The position numbers and the translations under genes were made by a program. Shown one piece after another: positions 16,831-25,183 of a DNA stretch of 64,000 nt; position 1 is the first letter of the stretch; each line of letters begins with the position of its first letter. The notes below the pieces were generated by a model. It saw nothing but the letters and a program-made list of their open reading frames with translations, had not been told where the DNA came from and did no database searches. This DNA is from a virus. The DNA lies in the IMG/VR virus record IMGVR_UViG_3300042402_007915, positions 32,001 through 96,000 of that record. One strand, written 5' to 3'.

Positions 16831-17910
16831 ATGTTCTATAACAGACAAACAGGTGCTTCTCCTGGAGACACTATTACCCTGTATGCAATCTTTACTGATG
16901 ATGCAGGGGCACTTAAAGACCCAGACGCTTTGCCGGAAGTGTACTTGTATGATCCGGAAGCTGTGTACGAAGAGGTTGAAGAGGCGTTGCTTCTTGCTGA
17001 TTATTCCGGTGCTGCGGAAGGGCCTTTAGAGCCAGAACGTATTTCGACTGGGTATTACAAGTTAGAGTATGAAATTCCCTCTGGGGCAGCAGAGGGTACT
17101 TGGTTGGACGTTTGGGTGGGTGCTGTTGACGGGGTGTCGTTCTTTAATATCCTGTCCTATATCAGTAATGCAGGTCTTTCAGTTTCTCCTCAGAATATTG
17201 GTAACAACACTTTGGTGTTGATTAAGCTTCGCAAGGAAATTACTGCTAGTGAGACTGGTCATGTCCTTGAGGATGACACTAGTTTGTACTTCACAACAAT
17301 GTATTCGCCGCTTTACGCGTCACCCACGCTTGTCAGGCTTGAGCTTGGTCGTTGGGTTGAATCCTTCCCCGAGGACACACTTGCGTTGATGCTACACTGG
17401 TCTTCGCAAGAGTGCGACGCCATTTCCTCTCCGGGTGCAAATGGTCGTAATCTTGGTTTTGCCCGTACTAAGTTTTGTGTGTTTGACACGGCGCTTCGGT
17501 TGTTGACAATGCCTGGGGCTGGGTTGGTTGACGCCTTAGAGACAATTGGTCTGGGAAAGAAGATGTTGGGCGACCTTTCTATCACGAAGAACAACCTGAC
17601 CCCAGCAGAGGTGGACTCTGAGACGTTTGGCTGGCTTAAGAAACAGAGAGAAGAGTGGTGGCGTGTAGTAAACAGCGGCGGCACTATTGTCCCTGGGGAA
17701 GGCCTAGGTCCAGTAACAGCAAAACCTGGAGAACTAAGTCCAGACAGAATGAACATTGGAAGACTATGGGATTCACCCTTTGAAAGAGATTACGCACAAC
17801 CAACTGTAAATGGGAAAGGACCAAGCTACACTTCAGACGGGAGATTAAGAACTAGAGAGAGATTTAACTACAATGGAATGTTACTGCCCTTCCAGAGAAG
17901 GAGGAGGTAG
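16831..17910 (+). CDS. Putative head-tail adaptor/neck protein with N-terminal Ig-like domain
   Basis: SD AGGAGG; position after capsid; adaptor-like PLYASPTLVR..helical region and KKMLGDLSI hairpin. Confidence 0.6.
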   Translation: MFYNRQTGASPGDTITLYAIFTDDAGALKDPDALPEVYLYDPEAVYEEVEEALLLADYSGAAEGPLEPERISTGYYKLEYEIPSGAAEGTWLDVWVGAVDGVSFFNILSYISNAGLSVSPQNIGNNTLVLIKLRKEITASETGHVLEDDTSLYFTTMYSPLYASPTLVRLELGRWVESFPEDTLALMLHWSSQECDAISSPGANGRNLGFARTKFCVFDTALRLLTMPGAGLVDALETIGLGKKMLGDLSITKNNLTPAEVDSETFGWLKKQREEWWRVVNSGGTIVPGEGLGPVTAKPGELSPDRMNIGRLWDSPFERDYAQPTVNGKGPSYTSDGRLRTRERFNYNGMLLPFQRRRR

Positions 17911-17914
17911 TTCT

Positions 17915-18517
17915 ATGGCACCAAGACCCTCCCTTCATTCCTCTAGGACAACCCCAAGAGCAGCAACCGCAAGTCTGACTGGAGAGATCGATCTCCGAGA
18001 CGAGTTTGACAGGCTTGTACTTGGAAAGGGTGAAAAGATTAGGCACGGACACCCAATGCTGCTTCGTAAGATGAGACGTGAACCAAATGGAGAACCGACC
18101 TACTGTACCTGCTCAGTCAATGACTCAAACAGACAAGGAGACAAGGACTGCGTGTACTGTCTTGGAGAAGGGTATCTCTGGGACGAGAGCTGGACCATCG
18201 GCTATACACTCTACACGTCTTCAGAGGGCGGAAAGTCAGACACAATCGTGCGCATGCCTTCTGGAAACATTAAGGGCAATTACAAGTTGTTCTTTCTTCG
18301 GTATGACACCGGAATCCAGTACGGGGACAAAATTGTAGAGGTCAGGCTAGATGAGGAAGGAAAAATTCAGTTATCATCGAATACAAATAGTTATATCCGG
18401 AAAGAAATCCATAAGCCTCAAACGATTTCCGAGATGAGGTCTGATAACGGAAGACTTGAATACTACGCAATTTACTGCCGGGCAGAAGATGCCATTAGGA
18501 ATCCGACACCAACATGA
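17915..18517 (+). CDS. Putative head-closure/neck protein with Zn-binding motif
   Basis: CTC..CVYCLGEGY motif as in myovirus neck proteins; ATG at 17915 with AGGAGGAGG SD. Confidence 0.65.
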   Translation: MAPRPSLHSSRTTPRAATASLTGEIDLRDEFDRLVLGKGEKIRHGHPMLLRKMRREPNGEPTYCTCSVNDSNRQGDKDCVYCLGEGYLWDESWTIGYTLYTSSEGGKSDTIVRMPSGNIKGNYKLFFLRYDTGIQYGDKIVEVRLDEEGKIQLSSNTNSYIRKEIHKPQTISEMRSDNGRLEYYAIYCRAEDAIRNPTPT

Positions 18518-19272
18518 GTGAAACCGGTAAAGACCTTGAGAAAATTCTTGCTAGCCTTAAGGCTAGCTCTGGATCTATTGCTGCTGAGCTGACTGACGGG
18601 AATGGAATTGCAGACCCTATGAGCCAAGCAGTTCCTATCAGCTCTCCGTACCCATTTGACATGGGGGACTTCTCTCCTAACCAAAAACAGTACTCTCTTG
18701 AAGAGTTTGTTGAAACTGCAGAGCGTCTTATCCGTTTTGGGCAGGAACTTGAGTCTAATGACGCTTCCAAGTTTGTAAGCCTAATTGCTGAGTATCCGAA
18801 TGAAGACTTCTCTCGGTTTAACAGTGGCGAGGTCATTACCTGGAAAGTAATTAGGCGCGAACCTGCTATGCTTAACGCTAAGGCAAGTGGCCGTCCTGGA
18901 CGGACCTTTATGCATCAGCGAAACTTTAAGTCCCCCCTATTTCCGAATAAAATTGTTGAGTTAGAGACAAGATATTTGGACCATGTTATAGAGTTTACTT
19001 GCTACTCGAAAGAAGCCTCTAAAGCTAACAAGAGAGCGCTGTGGCTTGAAAGACTATTCGTAAACCACTCTTGGGCTTTTACGTTTAGTGGAGCAGACAG
19101 GTTCTTCTTCAAAGAAAGAGGTTCAGACAATTACAGAACAACTGGTGGGCAGCCCCTCTATGAGCGCTGCCTAAGATTTGATGTTAGATTGATCGAATTC
19201 AGGCTCAACATCCAGAGTGAGATCAAGACGATTATGATTCAGAACGGTATTTCTACCGACTACCTAGAATAA
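18514..19272 (+). CDS. Putative tail completion/terminator protein
   Basis: Immediately upstream of the sheath; IEFTCYSKEASKANKRALWLERLF helix-strand pattern typical of tail terminators. Confidence 0.55.
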   Translation: MSETGKDLEKILASLKASSGSIAAELTDGNGIADPMSQAVPISSPYPFDMGDFSPNQKQYSLEEFVETAERLIRFGQELESNDASKFVSLIAEYPNEDFSRFNSGEVITWKVIRREPAMLNAKASGRPGRTFMHQRNFKSPLFPNKIVELETRYLDHVIEFTCYSKEASKANKRALWLERLFVNHSWAFTFSGADRFFFKERGSDNYRTTGGQPLYERCLRFDVRLIEFRLNIQSEIKTIMIQNGISTDYLE

Positions 19273-19283
19273 GGAGTTTTAAG

Positions 19284-21584
19284 ATGAGTTTTTCATCTCT
19301 AGGCGGTGTAACCGCTGCTTACGTTGACGGGAGCCTCGCTCCTGCCCGTTCACCTGCTCAGAACCGTGTCCTCGTTATTGGTGCTGCACCTTCTGGTCCT
19401 AGCGACGAGATCTACGGTGTTGGTTCGATTAACCAAGCAGAGCAGGTTTTCGGTGTTGAATCTGAAGTGATGAAGAGGGTTTGGGAGCTCTTTACCGAGG
19501 GCGCAGATAACATTGGTATCTTGCGTTGCGGTGGGCGTCCTGGAGTTGCAGTTATCGAAGACGGAGCTAGCACGATCACCATTACTCCGGTCCTCCGGGG
19601 AGATGAGGTTTGGGATCGTTATGCTCTGATTTTTGAGCCTCTTGACGGTCAGAACCGCCTTGTCATTTGGGACATTGAGGGCGAGACCTTCGTTTACGAC
19701 TCTGCTGGTATCTTGACCGTAGATGATTCTCTGTTCGAGGTTGAAGGCCTTGAGGAGATGGAGAGCCTGCTTGAGCTTGGTAGCGTTGCTCTTCCGACTT
19801 CAGTAGCTGCTGCTGCTGACCTCAGTGGTACTCCGTTCGTTGATGGTTCGACCACTTTTGCTGCCGATGCTGGTACTGATGGTGTCGACGTCTCTCTCGT
19901 AGAGAAGTACGCCAGCCTTTCTAGCGGTTATCACGAGCTGTCCTACAAGGATGCTTCTGCGCTGATTCCTGTTGGCGTTGACTTTGATGCTGCAAACATC
20001 GTTGACGAGAGCCTGAGCTATGGCTTGTACTGGAAGGGCCTCCCCGTCCAGGGCGAAGCTAACGACAAGCTTGGCTATCTCTGGCAGTACGTCTACCGTG
20101 GCGGCGTTTACACTTACTTCACGGACAGCGATCAGTACTTTACTGACGTTCCTGACCTTGAGTTTGCTACTCGCGCCCACGAAGGCGTAACGATTTCAGC
20201 CCTTAAGGCTGGTGTTGGTGGTAATGCTTGCCGCTTTGTGATTACCGCAGGTACTCTTGGCACAACCATCACCGAGACCGACTTTGGTCTGGATATCGCA
20301 GTTACTGCTGTTACTTCTACCAGCACCTACAACGCTATCATCAGCAGCATCAATACTGCTCTTGCTGCGTTCACGCTTGCTAACGGAGTCGTAGCTTCTT
20401 CTCTTCTCGAGGCAAGTCTCACCTCTGGCTCGACCGGAACTGATACCCTGAGCGCTCTGCGTAGCATTGTGAACCTCACTGGCGGTGTTGGTGGGCATGT
20501 ACTCACCCACGAAGACCTCACCGGTGTAGCGGCTCCTGGAGCGGTAGAGGACAAGTTTGAGGACGGCTCAGACGCTCAGCTTCGTGAGTGCAACTTCGGT
20601 CATCAGCTTGCTACCGCTTGCCACCTTGCTTCTTCGTACTGGCAAGATTGCTTGGGTGCAATCTCCTTCTCGAAGCCAAGCGCTTTTGGTCGGCGTGTCA
20701 TCTCTGGTCACCTTGGAAACTCTCCTACCTATACCACGAATGGAAGAGAGCTTTACATCGACACCGCTTCTCAGAATGGTAGCGGAGTCCTTGGTAACAA
20801 GCTGCTTGCAGGTCTGTCGGCTTCGGGTAATGGATACCGTGCTCACTTGGTCACCGATGGCGGAACCAATGACTCTATCGCTTACGGTGGATTGATCCTC
20901 ACCAAGGGCCTTTCACTCCCGAACGAAGGTAAGTTCTCTTACGGTATCGATGACGGCGATGAGGCCCTCGACAGCAATAAGCGCCCAGTTGATATTGGCC
21001 GCCACATCTTCGTGAACGCAAGCTGGGGTAACTGCGTGTCTGGTTGGAACTCTGGTGCAAGATACAAGGCTCCGGCCCACGCTATCTTCATGGGAGCCCT
21101 GCTCAGGACGGCTGCCAACGTAGAGCTGATTGGTGAGAACGGTCTGCTTCGTACCCCCTTCGCACAGATGGATATTCACCCGACGACTCAGGACGAGCTT
21201 GCGGCTGGTCGTATCGTGTTCGTGAAGCCCATCGACGGTGGTACCGCGCCCACCTTTGGTGCCTGCAAGACTGCTGCTCTTCCAAGCTCGGACTACAGCA
21301 GAATGTCTACGATTCGTATCGTGAACCAGCACCTTGCTGATATTCGTCGGATTGCTCGCCCGTTCCTTGGAAGGCCGTTCACCAACGCCGAGCTTCTTTC
21401 TCTCCAGGCCAGCATCTCACAGTACTGCCGCGAGCAGCAGAACCGCGGGATGAACAACGGAGCAGCTGCTGTAATCAGTTACAGCAATGTTGACCGCACC
21501 GTTGGGACTCTCCGGGTTGGCCTCCGTATCCGTCCCACCTTCTCGATGGAAACCATTACGGTTTCTGTCAGCATCTCAGAGTAA
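19284..21584 (+). CDS. Contractile tail sheath protein
   Basis: 766 aa; N-terminal GGVTAAYVDG..RVLVIGAAPSGP..AEQVFG; C-terminal SDYSRMSTIRIV..ARPFLG..LRIRPTFSMETITVSV; high-expression codon usage. Confidence 0.93.
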   Translation: MSFSSLGGVTAAYVDGSLAPARSPAQNRVLVIGAAPSGPSDEIYGVGSINQAEQVFGVESEVMKRVWELFTEGADNIGILRCGGRPGVAVIEDGASTITITPVLRGDEVWDRYALIFEPLDGQNRLVIWDIEGETFVYDSAGILTVDDSLFEVEGLEEMESLLELGSVALPTSVAAAADLSGTPFVDGSTTFAADAGTDGVDVSLVEKYASLSSGYHELSYKDASALIPVGVDFDAANIVDESLSYGLYWKGLPVQGEANDKLGYLWQYVYRGGVYTYFTDSDQYFTDVPDLEFATRAHEGVTISALKAGVGGNACRFVITAGTLGTTITETDFGLDIAVTAVTSTSTYNAIISSINTALAAFTLANGVVASSLLEASLTSGSTGTDTLSALRSIVNLTGGVGGHVLTHEDLTGVAAPGAVEDKFEDGSDAQLRECNFGHQLATACHLASSYWQDCLGAISFSKPSAFGRRVISGHLGNSPTYTTNGRELYIDTASQNGSGVLGNKLLAGLSASGNGYRAHLVTDGGTNDSIAYGGLILTKGLSLPNEGKFSYGIDDGDEALDSNKRPVDIGRHIFVNASWGNCVSGWNSGARYKAPAHAIFMGALLRTAANVELIGENGLLRTPFAQMDIHPTTQDELAAGRIVFVKPIDGGTAPTFGACKTAALPSSDYSRMSTIRIVNQHLADIRRIARPFLGRPFTNAELLSLQASISQYCREQQNRGMNNGAAAVISYSNVDRTVGTLRVGLRIRPTFSMETITVSVSISE

Positions 21585-21596
21585 AAGGAGTAACTC

Positions 21597-22277
21597 ATGG
21601 CTACAAGTGCTCTTGAGCTTTCTAGAACCTACACATCCTATAGCGGCACTGATATCAAGGCCGTTATCAACGGACAGCCTCTGGCGACGCTTCAGGGCAT
21701 TTCTTACGCCGTGCAGCGCGAGAAGGCTCCGGTATACGTCATGGGCAGCAAAGACCCCCTTTCTTTCTCTCGTGGTAAGCGTGGCATCGCAGGCACCATC
21801 ATCGCGATGATGTTTGACGAGCACGCTCTCTACAAGGAGGCTGCGTTCAGGGATACGCAGGTCATCCTCGGGAAGGAAGAGATCTACGCCAACCCATCCA
21901 GCCTGAACTCGCTGACGACTGGCCCTTCCGGAGACCTTCTGGACCTGGGTTCTGTCGATCCGAGTTACGCCGGCCTAAACCCATCAGACCTGTCTGCCTC
22001 GTATCAGCCCTACAACCCATTCTACATGGACCAGCTGCCTCCGTTTGACATCGTTCTCGTTGCACAGAACGAGTACGGCAATGCTGCTACCATGAGAATC
22101 TATGGTGCTGAGATTCTGAACGAGGGCTCAGGCTTCTCAATCGACGACACCACCATCGAAAGCCAGATGACTTACGTTTGTAGGACCATCCTGCCTTGGC
22201 AGAAGCTTGGTAACTTCACCGTAAGCGGTTCTGGATTCAGCGGCGGCTTCACGACTTCGCCGGTTGGTCCTACCTAG
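21597..22277 (+). CDS. Major tail tube protein
   Basis: Follows sheath; YTSYSGTDIKA..LQGISYAVQREKAPVYVMG..SFSRGKRGIAG..IYGAEILNEGSGFSIDD; high-expression codons; followed by a terminator. Confidence 0.88.
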   Translation: MATSALELSRTYTSYSGTDIKAVINGQPLATLQGISYAVQREKAPVYVMGSKDPLSFSRGKRGIAGTIIAMMFDEHALYKEAAFRDTQVILGKEEIYANPSSLNSLTTGPSGDLLDLGSVDPSYAGLNPSDLSASYQPYNPFYMDQLPPFDIVLVAQNEYGNAATMRIYGAEILNEGSGFSIDDTTIESQMTYVCRTILPWQKLGNFTVSGSGFSGGFTTSPVGPT

Positions 22278-22302
22278 GCTGACAAAACAGTAACTAAATG
22301 AT

Positions 22303-22336
22303 ATACAGGGTGAGGCAACTCACCCTGTATTCTTTT
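22303..22336 (+). terminator. Rho-independent terminator after the tail tube gene
   Basis: ATACAGGGTGAG-GCAA-CTCACCCTGTAT: perfect 12-bp stem with a GNRA loop, followed by TCTTTT. Confidence 0.88.
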
Positions 22337-22348
22337 GTAGGAGAGAAA

Positions 22349-23071
22349 ATGCAGTATCGTTACTCGTATTCAGGTGCCGACTGTAAGGTTTATATCTGCC
22401 CGCACGGAGAGTACAGCAAGTTCATTGAACTAGAAAGTTTCAATACAATTTCGTACTCGATCCATGAGGCAAAGGGGCAGGCCAGAGCTTTAGGCTATAG
22501 AGGGGTAAAGGGCTTCTCTAGGGGCATTAGAACCATCGCCGGCTCTTTCATCCTCACGGTCATTGAAGACAACCCGTTCCGTCCGTTCTTAAAGCTCTTG
22601 CAAGAACCAGGAGAAAGCATCCCCGCTGTTGACAAGAGACAGTACGGCTACTCTGCTGATATGGGGCTGACAGGTACTGGGGCCTTTAATGATGATCTCG
22701 ACTTTAGCAACGCACTCCCAACCATCATGTACCCGTTCGATCTGCTATTGATCTATGCAACAGAGCGACCGTTTGAAGCAAGAACCGACACTATTTGGCG
22801 CGAAGATGAAACCTGGAGGCGAAAGACAGAAGATCGAGGGCTCGAGGCAGCATACGCTTCAAGCCTTATTGAGGCTATTGAGATTGTAGATAACGGTGTA
22901 GTTACTTCGATTAATGACTCGGTGACTGAAATGACGTGTTCATTTATGGCAAGAAACGTAATGCCAATGACGCTTGTCCTGCCAAGAAAAACAATCTTTT
23001 TGAACGACGATGAAAGGCCTCCTGTCCCTTTTCCAGCAGATTTGGGTAGCAGCACAGAGGAGTCTGACTAA
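22349..23071 (+). CDS. Tail tube paralog 2 (tube initiator-like)
   Basis: YSYSGADCKV..ISYSIHEAKG..GFSRGIRTIAGS..PFDLLL..SINDSVTE parallels the tube protein. ATG at 22349 with AGGAG SD. Confidence 0.78.
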   Translation: MQYRYSYSGADCKVYICPHGEYSKFIELESFNTISYSIHEAKGQARALGYRGVKGFSRGIRTIAGSFILTVIEDNPFRPFLKLLQEPGESIPAVDKRQYGYSADMGLTGTGAFNDDLDFSNALPTIMYPFDLLLIYATERPFEARTDTIWREDETWRRKTEDRGLEAAYASSLIEAIEIVDNGVVTSINDSVTEMTCSFMARNVMPMTLVLPRKTIFLNDDERPPVPFPADLGSSTEESD

Positions 23072-23670
23072 TGGAAAGACCACTTGGACAAAGATTCATT
23101 CCAGGTACTGCAGCGTACCCGTACGAGTATTTTTGCGGTGCCAATACTGTTCTTTACTTTAACGGTACCCCCGCCCTAGAGATTGCAGGGCTAAGCTTCA
23201 CCATCGTGGAAGGTAAGCGGCCACTCTATGGTTACTCCTCGAGGTTCTTTGATGGAGTCGCAAGAGGTAACGTAATCGTAGAAGGCTCACTACTTGTCAA
23301 TATGGTAGACAGTGCATATCTAGTAGGTCTCCTGGATGGAGTAGTACCAACGACTCCTCAGGGTAGAAGTGCCCTCGCAACGGGATTATCTCCAGATCTA
23401 AGCTGGGACGATTTGGAAGATACCCCAACAGTCGGAGTAAGAGACCTTGTGAGTTATAGAGGCAACCCCCATGATAGGGGTGTAGGTTTTTACATCAAAG
23501 TAGTTATGGGCGCGCAAGATGGAAGTGGCAATAGACTCCTTGGTAATTCAAGTGCTGGCTTTTCTCTAACTGGTCTTACCTTCACTGGACGTGGGAGTAG
23601 TATTCAGGTAGATGAGCAAGTCATAGTTGAACAGCACATGTTTTTGGCACGCAACTTTGTGCCAAACTAA
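23071..23670 (+). CDS. Tail tube paralog 3 (tube initiator-like)
   Basis: YFCGANT..LSFTIVEGKRPLYGY..ARGNVIVEGSL..IVEQHMFLARN is homologous to the two preceding genes. Confidence 0.78.
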   Translation: MERPLGQRFIPGTAAYPYEYFCGANTVLYFNGTPALEIAGLSFTIVEGKRPLYGYSSRFFDGVARGNVIVEGSLLVNMVDSAYLVGLLDGVVPTTPQGRSALATGLSPDLSWDDLEDTPTVGVRDLVSYRGNPHDRGVGFYIKVVMGAQDGSGNRLLGNSSAGFSLTGLTFTGRGSSIQVDEQVIVEQHMFLARNFVPN

Positions 23671-23680
23671 AGGATAAGTA

Positions 23681-24502
23681 ATGGCAAAGCTCTCTCCAGC
23701 GCAGATTGAACAGCTCAAGAAGCAGTCTGTAGACATGAATGCACTACTAACTGATGACGACTTCTTCGAGACCATTAACAAAGATATTTCGCAGACAGTG
23801 GCTGAACAGTGTGACCCAGAGGAAGTAAAGAAGGCTCACGAAGCGTTTGGCCTTCCTCTCCAGGCTCCAGTACCTCGGCCTACCCCACAGAAGACCATTC
23901 CCAGGAAGGAACAGACAATGAACAAGCGCCCAGTATCGGTTTCACCCGCCCCAGTTAGTCCCATCTCAAGCGAAGAGGAGAATCTTGAAGCAGAACTTGA
24001 GCGTCTCAAGGCTGCTCGTGTTGCCAAGGAGAGGGCCCTCGCAGAAGCACGGCAGAAGGAAGAGGAGGCCCGGCAGCCCGCAGCTGCCGAGGCGGAGGAG
24101 CCTCAGGAAGAGTTCCGGGACACAGTCCTCGGGCTGTTGACCAAGATCCCAGGTGCCCCAAACCCCAATCAGGTTGAAGCCCTGAAGAAGCAGTTCCAAG
24201 CGGTTTACGCCATTGCTTTCTCTGAGACCGAAGTGTTCCTGTTTACCTTCCTCCGTCGTTCGCAGTGGAATAAGATCCAGGAGATTATGCAGGAGAAGAG
24301 TCAGGCTATGACTCCTCAGCAGGCCGAGCGTGATCTTAGGGAGAAGGTAGTTCAGAACTGTATTGTTTGGCCAAACGTAAAGAGTGCCGAGTTTACGGCA
24401 TCGACTCCGGCCGGCATGATTGACACTCTGTTTGAGACAATCATGATCCACTCGTACTTCCTCACGACTCCTCAGGCAATGCAGCTGACCACCAAGCTCT
24501 AA
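23681..24502 (+). CDS. Tail assembly chaperone 1 (putative)
   Basis: Between tube genes and tape-measure-like genes; disordered/coiled N-half, then FLFTFLRRSQW..KVVQNCIVWP..PAGMIDTL. Confidence 0.6.
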   Translation: MAKLSPAQIEQLKKQSVDMNALLTDDDFFETINKDISQTVAEQCDPEEVKKAHEAFGLPLQAPVPRPTPQKTIPRKEQTMNKRPVSVSPAPVSPISSEEENLEAELERLKAARVAKERALAEARQKEEEARQPAAAEAEEPQEEFRDTVLGLLTKIPGAPNPNQVEALKKQFQAVYAIAFSETEVFLFTFLRRSQWNKIQEIMQEKSQAMTPQQAERDLREKVVQNCIVWPNVKSAEFTASTPAGMIDTLFETIMIHSYFLTTPQAMQLTTKL

Positions 24503-24511
24503 GGAAATACC

Positions 24512-25183
24512 ATGCTCGACATCAAGAAGATTGTCGAGAGTGAGGGACTGTATAGAACGAGCCTCCCTTTCGGAGGCTCGTTTACTTGGCGCCTCTTAAC
24601 TCTCAAAGAATACAACGCCTTCGCTTCCCTCAAGGACTCCGGTACCATTAACGACTATGAGTTCTACACAAAGGTGTTTGAGTACTGTTTTGTGGGGAAT
24701 CCTTTACTCATTGATGGAAGCATGCCAATGGGTATTATCTTCGGGATTGGACGGCTAATCATTGACCTGTCAGGACACAAAGACGCAGAGCAAGAGAAGG
24801 CTGAACTTGAGATTGCTCGCCAAAACTATCCCAGGAATACTCTGCTTGAGTACATGAAAAGAGTAATACTTAGAACGTTTTCAACGTATACTCCAGAAAT
24901 TATTGAGAATTGGACAAGGGAAAAAATCCTAGAAAGATTTGTCTTGGCAGAGTCTGTCTTGGCTGATGCTACGGGATACACCCCAATCTCAATGGACAAC
25001 ATTCTGTCTCCGCAAGAGGCGAAGAAGAAGGCAAAGAAGAAGGAGAAGATTGACTTCGAGAAGGAAAACAGAGCACTCGAAAAGTCTCTTGGTAAGAACG
25101 GACAGCACTTTGTTGAGAACACTCCAACTGATCCAGAGTATGAAAAGCGTCTTCGGATAGCGAAGGCGATGGGAGGTAGGTAG
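24512..25183 (+). CDS. Tail assembly chaperone 2 (putative, paralog of chaperone 1)
   Basis: FTWRLLTLKEY..KVFEYCFVGNP..PMGIIFGI parallels the preceding gene; has its own AAGGA SD. Confidence 0.6.
   Translation: MLDIKKIVESEGLYRTSLPFGGSFTWRLLTLKEYNAFASLKDSGTINDYEFYTKVFEYCFVGNPLLIDGSMPMGIIFGIGRLIIDLSGHKDAEQEKAELEIARQNYPRNTLLEYMKRVILRTFSTYTPEIIENWTREKILERFVLAESVLADATGYTPISMDNILSPQEAKKKAKKKEKIDFEKENRALEKSLGKNGQHFVENTPTDPEYEKRLRIAKAMGGR

Noticed and set aside
357-17612. ACCCC-N3-WGAGG seen near two skew flips (about 357 and about 17599)
   Set aside because: No clear copy at the other flips; two short matches are compatible with chance.
24915-24930. GGGAAAAAA as a -1 frameshift site in chaperone 2
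   Set aside because: It is phased AGG GAA AAA, not X XXY YYZ in the coding frame, and the alternative-frame ORF is short and uninformative.
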